Shown in pieces: positions 51,247-60,886 of a stretch of DNA of 64,000 nt. The stretch spans positions 33,958 through 97,957 of the forward strand of contig CBDEFV010000002.1 in NCBI GenBank assembly GCA_965237735.1, given 5' to 3'. Numbering within the stretch: the first letter of the stretch is position 1; every line of letters starts with the position of its first letter. The DNA comes from Candidatus Porifericomitales bacterium. GTDB taxonomy: Bacteria > Pseudomonadota > Gammaproteobacteria > CBDEFV01. The notes beneath the pieces are model-generated. The model worked only from the letters and a program-made list of their open reading frames with translations, ran no database searches and was not told the DNA's origin. The position numbers were made by a program, and so were the translations under genes.

Positions 51247-52674
51247 CTGAAGGCCAGCGCTCTTGAGACCCCCCTCGCCGGCGCCAGGCTGCTGGTGGTG
51301 GGGCTGACAGTCGCTGCCCGGCCCGGCCCTGACATGGCTGAGCTGGCGTTGCTGGCCCGGGCGGCTGGAGCTGAAGTCGGCGGTTGCCTGCCGGTGTCGC
51401 TGCGCGCGGTCGAGGCCCACGCCTACCTGGGCTCTGGCAAGGTCGCCGAACTCAGAGAACGCGTCGCATCCGAGGGCGTTGACGGCATCTTCCTCGGCTG
51501 CCGCCTGAGCCCGTCCCAGCAGCGCAATCTGGAGCGTGATCTGGGGGTGGCAGTGTTTGACCACCCCGTCCTGATTCTGGAAATTTTTGCCCAGCGTGCG
51601 CGGTCCTTCGAAGGCAAGCTGCAGGTCGAACTCGCCCGCCTGAACTATCTCTCTTCGCGCCTGGTCCGCGGCTGGACTCACCTCGAGCGCCAGAGCGGCG
51701 GCATCGGCCTGCGTTCGGGTCCAGGGGAATCGCAGCTGGAGGTGGACCGTAGAGTGCTCGCCACCCGCATCCGCCGCATCCGTAAGCGGCTCGGCATGGT
51801 CGAACGCAACCGCGAACTCGGTCGTGGCAGCCGCAGCGAAATGCCGACTGCAGCTCTGGTTGGCTACACCAATTCCGGCAAATCAACCCTGTTCAATGCC
51901 CTGACAGAGGCGAGGGCCTACACCTCCAGCCGCGTCTTCGCCACGCTCGACACGGTCGTACGCCGGGTAGAACTTCAGGGCCACAATCTTTTGCTGATCG
52001 ACACTGTGGGCTTTATTTCGGCGCTGCCGCCAGAGTTGATCGATGCTTTCAAAGCCACTCTGCGCGAGGCCTCGGAGGCCGACCTGCTGCTTCATGTCGT
52101 CGACTTTTCCGACCCCGAATGGCGCGAGCGGGTGGAGGTTACGGAGAAGGTGCTGGCCGACCTCGGAGCCGACCAGATTCCCTGTATCCAAGTGCTGAAC
52201 AAAATCGACAGACTAAAAGAGCCTCAGGAGCAGGGAGAAGACAGGGAGCCTCAGGTACGTGGAGACCGCTCCCGCGCCAGCAAGCGGCGAGTCAGGATCT
52301 CGGCCCGTACCGGCGCCGGCCTCGATCAGTTGCGCTCCCTGCTGCAGGATACTTTTGCAGACGAGCGCCTGAGCGGTCGGCTGTCGCTCCCCCCCAGCCA
52401 GGGTTGGCTGCGGGCGCGCCTCTACGGGCTCAAGGCCGTGCGGGCTGAAGAAGTGCGCGATGACGGCGGCTCGGTGCTGACTCTCGACATCGGTCGGCGG
52501 CAGTGGGCCCTGCTGCGGGCCCAGTTGAACCTGAAGGAGTCGGAATCAATGGAGATCGACAGTCTCGAACAGCGACAGGAGGGCCGGGGGCAAGCTACGC
52601 CCTCAGACGCCGGCCCGGTGCCTGAGGAGAGTCCCGACCAGGGCCCGATTGCCGTTGTCAGTCGCGTCGGCTGA
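51247..52674 (+). CDS. hflX: GTPase HflX (start uncertain)
   Basis: LSPSQQRNLE, GPGESQLE, GYTNSGKST, FATLD, DTVGF, NKID. Confidence 0.93.
   Translation: MKASALETPLAGARLLVVGLTVAARPGPDMAELALLARAAGAEVGGCLPVSLRAVEAHAYLGSGKVAELRERVASEGVDGIFLGCRLSPSQQRNLERDLGVAVFDHPVLILEIFAQRARSFEGKLQVELARLNYLSSRLVRGWTHLERQSGGIGLRSGPGESQLEVDRRVLATRIRRIRKRLGMVERNRELGRGSRSEMPTAALVGYTNSGKSTLFNALTEARAYTSSRVFATLDTVVRRVELQGHNLLLIDTVGFISALPPELIDAFKATLREASEADLLLHVVDFSDPEWRERVEVTEKVLADLGADQIPCIQVLNKIDRLKEPQEQGEDREPQVRGDRSRASKRRVRISARTGAGLDQLRSLLQDTFADERLSGRLSLPPSQGWLRARLYGLKAVRAEEVRDDGGSVLTLDIGRRQWALLRAQLNLKESESMEIDSLEQRQEGRGQATPSDAGPVPEESPDQGPIAVVSRVG
52219..52272. repeat. Imperfect 27-bp tandem duplication inside hflX
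   Basis: GAGCCTCAGG...GGAGA occurs at 52219 and 52246; encodes EPQEQGEDR/EPQVRGDRS. Confidence 0.7.
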
Positions 52675-52724
52675 ATGGCGGCAGTCGGGAGGCGCCTGTC
52701 TTATAAGGCACCGGGCAGAAAAGG

Positions 52725-52733
52725 TGTTATAAT
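52725..52733 (+). promoter_or_regulatory. Extended -10 promoter upstream of hflK
   Basis: TGTTATAAT, identical to the isc promoter element, in the hflX-hflK gap. Confidence 0.55.
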
Positions 52734-52928
52734 TAGCATTTGTCCGTCCAGAGGTTCTCCTCGCGGTCGATGTCGAGGGTTTATTCTTTGCCGCTCAACC
52801 TGGACGGCGATGTCTGATCCCCTGAATCGACCCGTCCGAACTACTGAAAACTTTTTCAGCGCGGTTACTTTCCCCCGGTACCCGCTCCGCAGCCCACCAC
52901 CACCTGTGCTTCCAAGCCACATTGTTTG

Positions 52929-54155
52929 ATGACTGAAGACATGCCTGTCAACGCCGGCAACGCCCAGGCCAGGCCCGAACCTCTCAGGAGAGAGGACCGT
53001 GACCGGTGGAGCGGCGGTAATGGCAGGGGCGATGGCCCGCCGGACCTCGAAGACCTGTTTCGTCAGTTGCGGGATAAATTCGCCGGCGGCAAATTTTCCC
53101 GTGGTCGCGGCAAAGCATCCAGTAAAGGACCGAGCGGAGGAGGCAGTGAAAAGCCCCTGCTCCTGGGGCTCCTGCTGCTGTTGCTCGGCTTTGTCGCCTA
53201 CAGCAGCATTTTCACGGTCCAGACCGGTGAGCGGGCTGTCATTACCCAGTTCGGCCGCTATGTGCGCACCGCCGAACCGGGCCTGAATTTCCGCCTTCCC
53301 TGGCCGGTCGAGGAGCATGACACCGTCAATATCGACGGCGTCCGCGAGATCTCGCTGAAAGGGCAGGCGGTTCTTACCAGCGACGAGAACATCGTTGTCG
53401 TCGATATGGGAGTGCAGTACAACATCAAGGATGCGGCCAACTATCTCTTCCTCACCCGCGGCCCTGACGAGACCTTGCAGAATGCGGTTGAAAGCGTTTT
53501 CCGCGAGATCTTCGGCAAGAACAACATGGATTTCATCATCTTCGAGGGGCGTGAAATCATGGCCGACCAGGTGCGCGAGCAGGCGCAGACGATTCTCGAC
53601 AACTACGGCACCGGCCTCAATGTGTTGACCGTCAACATGGAGCGGGCTCAGCCGCCGGACGAAGTCCAGGCGGCCTTCTCCGACGCCATCAGCGCCCGCG
53701 AGGACATGCAGCGCTACATCAATGAGGCCGAAGCCTACGCCAACGAGATCGTGCCGCGTGCCCGCGGCGACGGCCGGCGCGTCATCGAAGAGGCCAATGC
53801 CTATCGGACGCGCATCGTTAAAAGTGCCATCGGCGAGGCCAGCCGTTTCAGCGCCCTCTACGACGAGTATAAAAAATCGCCCCGGGTCGTGCGCGACCGC
53901 CTCTACATTGAAACCATGGAGCGGCTCTTCGCCGAGACCGGCAAAGTCATCATCGACAACGGCGGCGGAGAGGGCGGACAGAGCCTTTTCTACGTACCCC
54001 TCGATCGTCTGATTCAACAGCGTGCGGCCGGCGTCGGCTCGCAACGGCGGCCGGGAGACCTGACGCCGCCCGGCAACCAGCCGGATGAAATCTACGAACC
54101 TTCGGAGGCGTCCAGCGATGCCAACCGCGGTTCGCGCAGCCGGGGCCGTCAATGA
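52929..54155 (+). CDS. hflK: FtsH modulator HflK
   Basis: GPPDLEDLF, FGRYVR..PGLNFRLPWP, LTSDENIV, AQPPDEVQAAF, EAEAYAN. Confidence 0.96.
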   Translation: MTEDMPVNAGNAQARPEPLRREDRDRWSGGNGRGDGPPDLEDLFRQLRDKFAGGKFSRGRGKASSKGPSGGGSEKPLLLGLLLLLLGFVAYSSIFTVQTGERAVITQFGRYVRTAEPGLNFRLPWPVEEHDTVNIDGVREISLKGQAVLTSDENIVVVDMGVQYNIKDAANYLFLTRGPDETLQNAVESVFREIFGKNNMDFIIFEGREIMADQVREQAQTILDNYGTGLNVLTVNMERAQPPDEVQAAFSDAISAREDMQRYINEAEAYANEIVPRARGDGRRVIEEANAYRTRIVKSAIGEASRFSALYDEYKKSPRVVRDRLYIETMERLFAETGKVIIDNGGGEGGQSLFYVPLDRLIQQRAAGVGSQRRPGDLTPPGNQPDEIYEPSEASSDANRGSRSRGRQ

Positions 54156-55045
54156 AAGTCGGCAGGATCAGCATTGCTCTGGCGGTTCTGGCGGCCGCCG
54201 GAACCCTCCTGGCGTCGTCGATCTTTTTCACGGTTGGCGAGCGCGAATACGGCCTCAAGCTGCTTTTTGGCGAGATACAGCGCTGGGACTACGAGCCCGG
54301 CCTGCACGCCAAATGGCCCTTTGCCAACAGTATCTATAAATTCGATCGGCGGGTGCTGTCGCTGGATATGCCGCCGGAGCGCATGCTGACGATCGAAAAG
54401 AAGAACCTGATCGTCGATTCCTTTGTCAAATGGCGCATCAGGGATCACGCCCTCTTTTTCCGCTCCACGGCCGGCAATGAGAGGCGCGCGCTGTCGCGCC
54501 TGCTGCAGCTGGTGCGCAAGGGCCTGCTCGACGCCTTTGGCAAGCGCACGGTGCAGGAAGCGGTCTCGGGCAAGCGCGCCATCCTCGCCCAGGAAGTGCA
54601 GGAAAAACTCAAGGATCCCACAGCCGAATTAGGGGTCATGGTGGTCGATGTGCGCATCAAGAAGGTCGAACTCCCCGAAGATGTTGAGAACAGCGTCTTT
54701 CGCCGCATGGAAAAGGAGCGGGCGACTGCCGCCAAGACGTTCCGCGCCCGCGGCGAAGAGCAGGCCAAGGGCATCCGCGCCGATGCCGAGCGGCAACGCG
54801 AGGAAGTCCTGGCCGAGGCCTATGGCGAGGCCGAGCGCATTCGCGGTCTCGGCGATGCCAAAGCGGCCGAAATCTACGCCAGGGTGCACAACCGTGATGC
54901 CGAGTTCTACAACTTCTATCGCAGCCTCGCAGCTTATCGGAAATCCTTCCATGGAAGCAAGGATCTGCTGATTCTGCAACCCGATTCGCACTTCTTCCGC
55001 TATTTTCAAGAGAACCGACCGACAGGCTCCAACCAGCTGCGCTGA
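54152..55045 (+). CDS. hflC: FtsH modulator HflC
   Basis: EPGLHAKWPF, KKNLIVDSFVKWRI, DVRIKKVELP, FYNFYRSL. Confidence 0.96.
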   Translation: MKVGRISIALAVLAAAGTLLASSIFFTVGEREYGLKLLFGEIQRWDYEPGLHAKWPFANSIYKFDRRVLSLDMPPERMLTIEKKNLIVDSFVKWRIRDHALFFRSTAGNERRALSRLLQLVRKGLLDAFGKRTVQEAVSGKRAILAQEVQEKLKDPTAELGVMVVDVRIKKVELPEDVENSVFRRMEKERATAAKTFRARGEEQAKGIRADAERQREEVLAEAYGEAERIRGLGDAKAAEIYARVHNRDAEFYNFYRSLAAYRKSFHGSKDLLILQPDSHFFRYFQENRPTGSNQLR

Positions 55046-55120
55046 TCTCTCTGATTCATGGCCACGGACTGACGCCCGCGGAGGGAAAACCGAGGAACCG
55101 ACAACAATGACATTGTCCCC

Positions 55121-55309
55121 ATGATCTGGCTCGAACTGCTGCAGGCCCTTGGCCTGGTTCTGGTGCTGGAAGGCCTTCTGCCGGCGGTCGCGCCGACGCG
55201 TTACAGCCGCATGCTGGGCACCCTGTCTCGGGTGAGGCCGGCTTCCCTGAGGGCGGTCGGCCTGGTATCCATGGTCGTCGGAGCCCTGATTTTCAACCTG
55301 CTGACCTAG
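55121..55309 (+). CDS. yjeT: DUF2065 small membrane protein
   Basis: ALGLVLVLEGLLP..P...LRAVG; conserved position after hflC. Confidence 0.9.
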   Translation: MIWLELLQALGLVLVLEGLLPAVAPTRYSRMLGTLSRVRPASLRAVGLVSMVVGALIFNLLT

Positions 55310-55310
55310 A

Positions 55311-56558
55311 ATGTCTCCGCGCTCTCGAGCCGGTTCTCCGGCGGCGAAGGAGAGTTCCCTGTGGCAGTTGCCCGAGGGAGTCGACGAGTACCTGCCCCCC
55401 TACTCGCAGAGGGTCGAGGCCATGCGGCGGACCCTGGTCGACCTTTTTGCCCGCTGGGGCTATCGCCAGGTCATGCCGCCGCTGATCGAGTACCTTGAGA
55501 CCCTGGCCCAGAGCGGCGGCGAGCTCGACATCGACACCTTCAAGCTGATTGACCATCTGAGCGGCCGCACCTTGGGCATCCGCGCCGACATCACCCCTCA
55601 GGTAGCCCGCATCGACGCCAGTCAGGCCAACCGCTCCCGGGCCGCTGAAGTGGCTCGCTGGTGCTATCTCGGGCCAGTGCTGCGGGCCCGAACCGGCCCG
55701 GGCAAAAGGCGCGAATTCATTCAGTACGGCTGTGAGATTTTCGGCTCGGAGTGCTTCGACAGCGATGCCGAGATCGTTGATCTCATGTACCGCAGCCTGG
55801 CTTCCCTCGGCCTCGCCGAAGTCCATATCGACATCGGCCATGTGGGGATTTTCCGCGCCCTTGTCGACGACACCGAGCTGTCAGAGGAAGGCAGATGCCA
55901 ACTCATGAGGCTGCTCGGCCACAAGGATGTCGGCGGCATGCGCGAACTGCTCGAGGCCCAAGGGGCGACGGCCGATCAGGTGCGCCGCCTGACCGCTCTG
56001 GCGAGTTGCTACGGCGAGGCTTCCCGGACCCTGGAGCGTGCCCGCGAACTGCTGCAGCCCCTGTCTGAACCTCTGAAGACGGCCCTCAGTCACACGGCCG
56101 GAGTCCTTGAGCGCCTGCGTCTGAGATCCCCTGAGCTCAACCTCAGCCTCGACTTTGCTGAATCGCGGGGCTATGAGTACCACACGGGCCTCGTCTGCGC
56201 CGCCTATGTTGCGGGAGGGCGGGGAGAGATGGCGAGAGGCGGCCGCTACGGGCCGGCAAAAATTTTGTCCTCCGGCGGGGCGGAGCGCCCGGCGACCGGG
56301 TTCAGCGCCGATCTCAACGCCATTCTGGAACTGGTCGACTGCAGCGATGGAGATGAGGACGCCATCTTTGTCAACAGCCCCGACAGCGAGGTCGTCTGGC
56401 GTGAGATCGAACGGCTTCGCCTGTCCGGCGAAACCGTGATTCCGCGCCTTTCCGGCCAGGCCGACGACGGTCGTGGCCTGGGTTGCCGACGGCGACTCGT
56501 CGCCAGCGGCGACGGTTTCGCCGTCGTTGCCATAAATCAATCTGCCGACCTCTCATGA
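55311..56558 (+). CDS. hisZ: ATP phosphoribosyltransferase regulatory subunit
   Basis: LPEGVDEYLP, RADITPQVARID, REFIQYG, YEYHTG, RPATGFS; upstream of purA. Confidence 0.93.
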   Translation: MSPRSRAGSPAAKESSLWQLPEGVDEYLPPYSQRVEAMRRTLVDLFARWGYRQVMPPLIEYLETLAQSGGELDIDTFKLIDHLSGRTLGIRADITPQVARIDASQANRSRAAEVARWCYLGPVLRARTGPGKRREFIQYGCEIFGSECFDSDAEIVDLMYRSLASLGLAEVHIDIGHVGIFRALVDDTELSEEGRCQLMRLLGHKDVGGMRELLEAQGATADQVRRLTALASCYGEASRTLERARELLQPLSEPLKTALSHTAGVLERLRLRSPELNLSLDFAESRGYEYHTGLVCAAYVAGGRGEMARGGRYGPAKILSSGGAERPATGFSADLNAILELVDCSDGDEDAIFVNSPDSEVVWREIERLRLSGETVIPRLSGQADDGRGLGCRRRLVASGDGFAVVAINQSADLS

Positions 56559-57844
56559 AAATCGACGGCAATTTTGCGGTTCTCGGCCTCCAGTGGGGGG
56601 ATGAGGGCAAGGGCAAGATCATCGACCTCCTGGCCGAAAACGCCGACATAGTCGTGCGCTTTCACGGCGGTGACAACGCCGGCCACACTGTCGTCGTCAA
56701 GGGCCGTACCCAGGTGCTTCATCTCCTGCCCTGCGGCATCCTGCAGCCGCACCCGCTCTGCGTCATCGGCAACGGCGTTGTCGTCAACCTGCAGCGGTTG
56801 CTGGCCGAGATCGAGGAGGTCCGGGCCCTGGGCATCGATGTCCACAGCCGGCTGCGCATCAGCGGCAATTGTCCGATTCTGCTGCCGTCGCACATCGCCA
56901 TCGACAGTGCCCGTGAGGGCGGCGAGGGCGCGATCGGCACCACCTGCCGCGGCATAGGCCCGGTTTATGAAGACAAGATTGCCCGCCGGGCCCTGCGCAT
57001 AAACGATATGACGGACCCGGCCGCGTTCAGTGAAAAAATGCGCGAGCTGATCGATTACCACAACTTCTGGTTGCAGCAGTACCACGGGGCCGAACCCGTC
57101 GATGCCGCGGCCACCATCGATCAATGCCTGCAGGCCGGGGAGGCGCTGCTGCCCCAGGTAACTGACACCGGCGAGTTGCTGATGCGGGCGGCCAGGGAAG
57201 GGCGCAAGATCATGTTCGAAGGGGCTCAGGGAAGCCTGCTCGACATCGACCACGGCACCTACCCCTTCGTCACTTCCTCGACGACGACCATAGGCGCGGT
57301 ATTCTCCGGGGCGGGCGTCGGCATCGACATACTCGACCGTGTCGTCGGCGTCAGCAAAGGCTACGCCACCCGGGTGGGCAGCGGACCCTTCCCGACCCAG
57401 GCCAATGGCAGCGACGCCGACCATCTGTCGAGCATAGGCCGCGAGTTCGGCGCCACCACAGGCCGGCCGCGGCGCTGCGGCTGGCTGGATCTGCCGGCTC
57501 TGCGCCGAACCCTCTCCCTCAGCGGCGTCGACACCCTGGTGCTGACCAAGCTCGATGCCATGGGGGGCCTGCAGCGGGTGCGCCTGTGCCACTCCTACAG
57601 GATCGACGGCCGCGAAGAGCAGACCCCCAACCTCTCCACCGCCGAAATGGAAGTGGTGGAACCGGTTTACCGCGACTACCCGGGCTGGCTCAGGGAAGAT
57701 TTTGCCGCCGCCAGAAAATACGGCGATCTGCCGCAGACGGCGCGCGACTTCATCGCCGAAATCGAGCGCTCGCTCGGCCTCGAGGTCGCCCTGGTGTCCA
57801 CCGGCCAGGAGCGCGACCAGTATGTCATCAAAGGGGATGCCTGA
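56555..57844 (+). CDS. purA: Adenylosuccinate synthetase
   Basis: ATG 56555; QWGDEGKGK, GGDNAGHT, EGAQG, HGTYPFVTSS, TTGRPRRCGW. Confidence 0.97.
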   Translation: MKIDGNFAVLGLQWGDEGKGKIIDLLAENADIVVRFHGGDNAGHTVVVKGRTQVLHLLPCGILQPHPLCVIGNGVVVNLQRLLAEIEEVRALGIDVHSRLRISGNCPILLPSHIAIDSAREGGEGAIGTTCRGIGPVYEDKIARRALRINDMTDPAAFSEKMRELIDYHNFWLQQYHGAEPVDAAATIDQCLQAGEALLPQVTDTGELLMRAAREGRKIMFEGAQGSLLDIDHGTYPFVTSSTTTIGAVFSGAGVGIDILDRVVGVSKGYATRVGSGPFPTQANGSDADHLSSIGREFGATTGRPRRCGWLDLPALRRTLSLSGVDTLVLTKLDAMGGLQRVRLCHSYRIDGREEQTPNLSTAEMEVVEPVYRDYPGWLREDFAAARKYGDLPQTARDFIAEIERSLGLEVALVSTGQERDQYVIKGDA

Positions 57845-57865
57845 GAGTCGGGGCCCGTTCAGCCC

Positions 57866-57888
57866 TGCGGCGGCGAGACCGCATTTTT
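57866..57888 (+). terminator. Possible intrinsic terminator after purA
   Basis: TGCGG-N8-CCGCA followed by TTTTT; the stem is short. Confidence 0.45.
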
Positions 57889-57925
57889 CGTTGAAGCGTC
57901 CCCGACCAGAGCGGCAGAGGTGCGC

Positions 57926-58705
57926 ATGAAAGACGCCGTAGTCGTCAAATGCGGCGGCCTCTCGGTCGATGGAGAGGGACCGGCCCTGCCCCTGATGAAA
58001 TCCCTGGCGGCCCTCGCCGACAGCGGCTCTCCTCTCTGCGTGGTCCACGGCGGCGGGGCCCAGATCGGCCGCCTGCTCGATCGCCTGGGAATCCGCAGCC
58101 GTTTTGAGCGCGGCCTCAGAGTGACGAGCCCCGAGGCCATGGAAGTCGTGGAGATGGCGCTGTCGGGCTCTGTCAACAAGAATCTGACGGCCGCCCTGAA
58201 CCGCGCCCTCGGCAGTGACCGGGCCGTCGGCATCAGCGGTCGCGACGGCGATCTTCTGCGCGCTCGTCCGCTGTCGACCGAGGCAGGGGCGGATCTGGGC
58301 CGCGTCGGCGAGATCGGCAGGGTCAATCCCGGGCTCTTGCATACGCTGTTCGAGGCCGGCCGGATTCCGGTTGTAGCACCTGTTGCCAACGGCGTCGATC
58401 AGCAGGCGTGGAACATCAACGCCGATATGGCCGCCACGGCCCTGGCGATCGAATTGCAGGCGGCGCGCCTGGTCTTTTCCACCGATGTCGCCGGCGTTCT
58501 CGACGCCCAGGGCCAACTCATGCCCTCCATCGACAGTTCTTTGGCGGCGCGCCTGATAGAGGAGGGAGTGATCGGCGGCGGCATGATCCCCAAGGTCGAG
58601 TGTGCGCTGCGCGCCCTCGCAGGCGGGGTGCAGGCGGTCGATATAGTCGAGGGCTCGGCTCCTCTGGCACTGACCGCGGGTGCGGGAACCCGTATCACCG
58701 ACTAG
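57926..58705 (+). CDS. argB: Acetylglutamate kinase
   Basis: VVKCGG, VHGGG, GLRVT, NINAD, GGMIPKV. Confidence 0.93.
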   Translation: MKDAVVVKCGGLSVDGEGPALPLMKSLAALADSGSPLCVVHGGGAQIGRLLDRLGIRSRFERGLRVTSPEAMEVVEMALSGSVNKNLTAALNRALGSDRAVGISGRDGDLLRARPLSTEAGADLGRVGEIGRVNPGLLHTLFEAGRIPVVAPVANGVDQQAWNINADMAATALAIELQAARLVFSTDVAGVLDAQGQLMPSIDSSLAARLIEEGVIGGGMIPKVECALRALAGGVQAVDIVEGSAPLALTAGAGTRITD

Positions 58706-58787
58706 AATTTTTTGCCGGCGCCGCCTCCGCGGCGGCGGGGCGGCGGGAAACCTCCGGAGAGAGGGTTCCCGGGAGGCGGAGGCAGCT

Positions 58788-59705
58788 TCAGAACGAGAGG
58801 GTGCGCGGGCTGCTGATCAGGGCGGTGGCCAGCTTTTCAGCCGCCGCCAGCAGAGGTTCATCGATGCAGCTGCGAAATCCGCGGCCGTGCAGCCAGGCGA
58901 GCACCCGGCCGCTGGCGACATTGCCCCTGGCACCGGGCGCATAGGGGCAGCCGCCGAGGCCGCCGGCGGCCGTGTCAAAAACCCTCAGGCCCTTTTCCAG
59001 GCTCACCTCTATATTCTCGAGGGCCCTCCCCTGAGTGTCGTGGTAATGGCCGGCCAGTTGGCGGGCCGGGGCGATCCTGAGGACAGCGTCGAGCATGGCT
59101 CCCACCTGGTCGGGAGTGCCGCTGCCGATGGTGTCGGCCAGGGAGATTTCAAAACAGCCGAGCCCGAGCAGTTTTTCCGTCAGCTCGGTCACGGCCCGGG
59201 GCTCAGTGGGGCCGGCGTAGGGGCAGGAAATCGCGCAGGAAACATAGGCCCGTACAGGGACAGCATGGTTCCTGGCGGCCCGGGCGACCTCGGCGGCGCG
59301 CGCCAGGACTTCGGCAATCGAAGCGTTGGTGTTGCGCTGGCTGAACTCCTCGGAGGCCGAGGCAAAGACGGCGATCTCATCGACGCCGGCGCTGTGGGCG
59401 CGCTCATAGCCCCGCAGGTTGGGCACCAGAGCACTGTAACGGACTCCCGGCCGGCGGCGGATGCCGGCCATGACCTTAGCTGAATCCATCATCTGCGGCA
59501 CCCAGCGCGGCGAGACGAAGCTGGCTGCCTCGATGCGCCTGCAGCCCGCCGCTGCCAGGGCGTCGATCAGCGCGATCTTGTCGGCGGCATCGATCGGTTC
59601 GGGTTCGCTCTGCAGGCCGTCGCGGGGACCGACTTCGACGATCGAAACCTCCCGCTCATGGCCGGCCGCCGCGGGCGGGGGGCGCCGCTCTTCGCCCTGC
59701 GGCAT
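58788..59705 (-). CDS. Hydroxymethylglutaryl-CoA lyase
   Basis: ATG 59705 overlaps the envC stop; EVGPRDGLQ, SFVSPRWVPQM, LADTIG, HYHDT, GGCPYAPGA.GN. Confidence 0.93.
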   Translation of the reverse strand: MPQGEERRPPPAAAGHEREVSIVEVGPRDGLQSEPEPIDAADKIALIDALAAAGCRRIEAASFVSPRWVPQMMDSAKVMAGIRRRPGVRYSALVPNLRGYERAHSAGVDEIAVFASASEEFSQRNTNASIAEVLARAAEVARAARNHAVPVRAYVSCAISCPYAGPTEPRAVTELTEKLLGLGCFEISLADTIGSGTPDQVGAMLDAVLRIAPARQLAGHYHDTQGRALENIEVSLEKGLRVFDTAAGGLGGCPYAPGARGNVASGRVLAWLHGRGFRSCIDEPLLAAAEKLATALISSPRTLSF

Positions 59706-60886
59706 CAGAGTTCTTCCAGCCACTGCAGCGGATCGAGGAAGTCGTCTTTTCTGCGCACCAGAAAATAGAGCCCGACTTTGGTGCTGATGCCGCTGCGGCC
59801 GCTGCTCGCCAGCTGCTCGCCGGCTTCGACGGTTGAGCCCACCTTCTTGTGCAGGCTGCGGCAATTGGCGTAGAGCGTCATGTAATCACCGTGGCGCACG
59901 ATCATGGTGAGGCCATGAGCAACCAGCCACTCAGCGAAGATCACGGTTCCGGGATGGACCGCACTGATCGGGGCCCCTTCATCGGTGGCGACAAAAATGC
60001 CGCGCCAGGGGATGTTGCCGAGTTCTGCGTTGGGGCTGTTGAAGCGGGCCCTGAGCGAGCCGTCAACGGGCCAGAGCAGCCCGCCCTTGTAGTTGCCGAA
60101 GCCCCCTTCTTCAAGGCGCACGGGGGGCCGCACTTCCTGGCGGTCGAGTTGGCGCAGCAGCAGCTCGAGGCGGTCTTCCTCCTGTTGCAGAAATTCGATG
60201 CGTTTGTTGCCCGCGGCCAGAGAGGTCTCAAGCTCGTTCAACTTGTCCGCGCGGGCAACCCGCTGCTCCTTGACGTCTTCGAGGCGCGACATCAGCTGTC
60301 GCCGGCTGTGCTCCGCCTCGGCCAGCTTTTGAGTGCGCTCTTCCGCCAGCGACAGATAGCGATCGGAGGCCGCCTGAAGAATATCTTTCTGCTGGTTCCA
60401 CTGGCGTTCGTGGTACCAGTGATAGCGCATGGCGCGCGAGATCTGGCCGAGCTCGTCCTGATTGAGCAGAGCCCGCAGCAGGGGCTGGCGGCCGCGAATC
60501 ATGGCGGTCCGCAGCGACTGGGCGACGAGGGTCCGCTGTTCTTCCAGGTTTTTGCGGGCCACTCTCAGCTGCCTGTGGATGCTCGCAAGGGCGCTCTCAT
60601 GCTGGTGCACCTGATCCTGCTGTTCTTCGGCCAGCAGCTCGATCCTGCCGAGGTTGATGTCGAGGCGGCGCAGTTCGACGGTCTCGGCTTTCCGCTCTTT
60701 CTGCGCCTGCTGCTGCTGTTGCTGCAACTCTTCGAGCTTGATGCGGACCTCTTCGAGATCCGACTGGTAGTCCTGATTCCGCCCCTGGGCCGAAACAGCC
60801 AGGGAGGCGGCGAGAAGGCCGGGCAGAATCAGTTGCCTGAGGGCTCGGGCGAGGCGGCGAAGGGGCAGGTAGAGCAGGGGCCTCAT
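59705..60886 (-). CDS. envC: Murein hydrolase activator EnvC-like (coiled coil plus degenerate M23 domain)
   Basis: Signal peptide, long coiled coil, WPVDG, GTVIFAEW, G.TMIVRHG, LYFLVR. Confidence 0.85.
   Translation of the reverse strand: MRPLLYLPLRRLARALRQLILPGLLAASLAVSAQGRNQDYQSDLEEVRIKLEELQQQQQQAQKERKAETVELRRLDINLGRIELLAEEQQDQVHQHESALASIHRQLRVARKNLEEQRTLVAQSLRTAMIRGRQPLLRALLNQDELGQISRAMRYHWYHERQWNQQKDILQAASDRYLSLAEERTQKLAEAEHSRRQLMSRLEDVKEQRVARADKLNELETSLAAGNKRIEFLQQEEDRLELLLRQLDRQEVRPPVRLEEGGFGNYKGGLLWPVDGSLRARFNSPNAELGNIPWRGIFVATDEGAPISAVHPGTVIFAEWLVAHGLTMIVRHGDYMTLYANCRSLHKKVGSTVEAGEQLASSGRSGISTKVGLYFLVRRKDDFLDPLQWLEEL

Noticed and set aside
58706-58787. GC-rich hairpins between convergent argB and the HMG-CoA lyase gene as an sRNA or terminator
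   Set aside because: The stems are imperfect, and the T-run lies on the wrong side for either strand.
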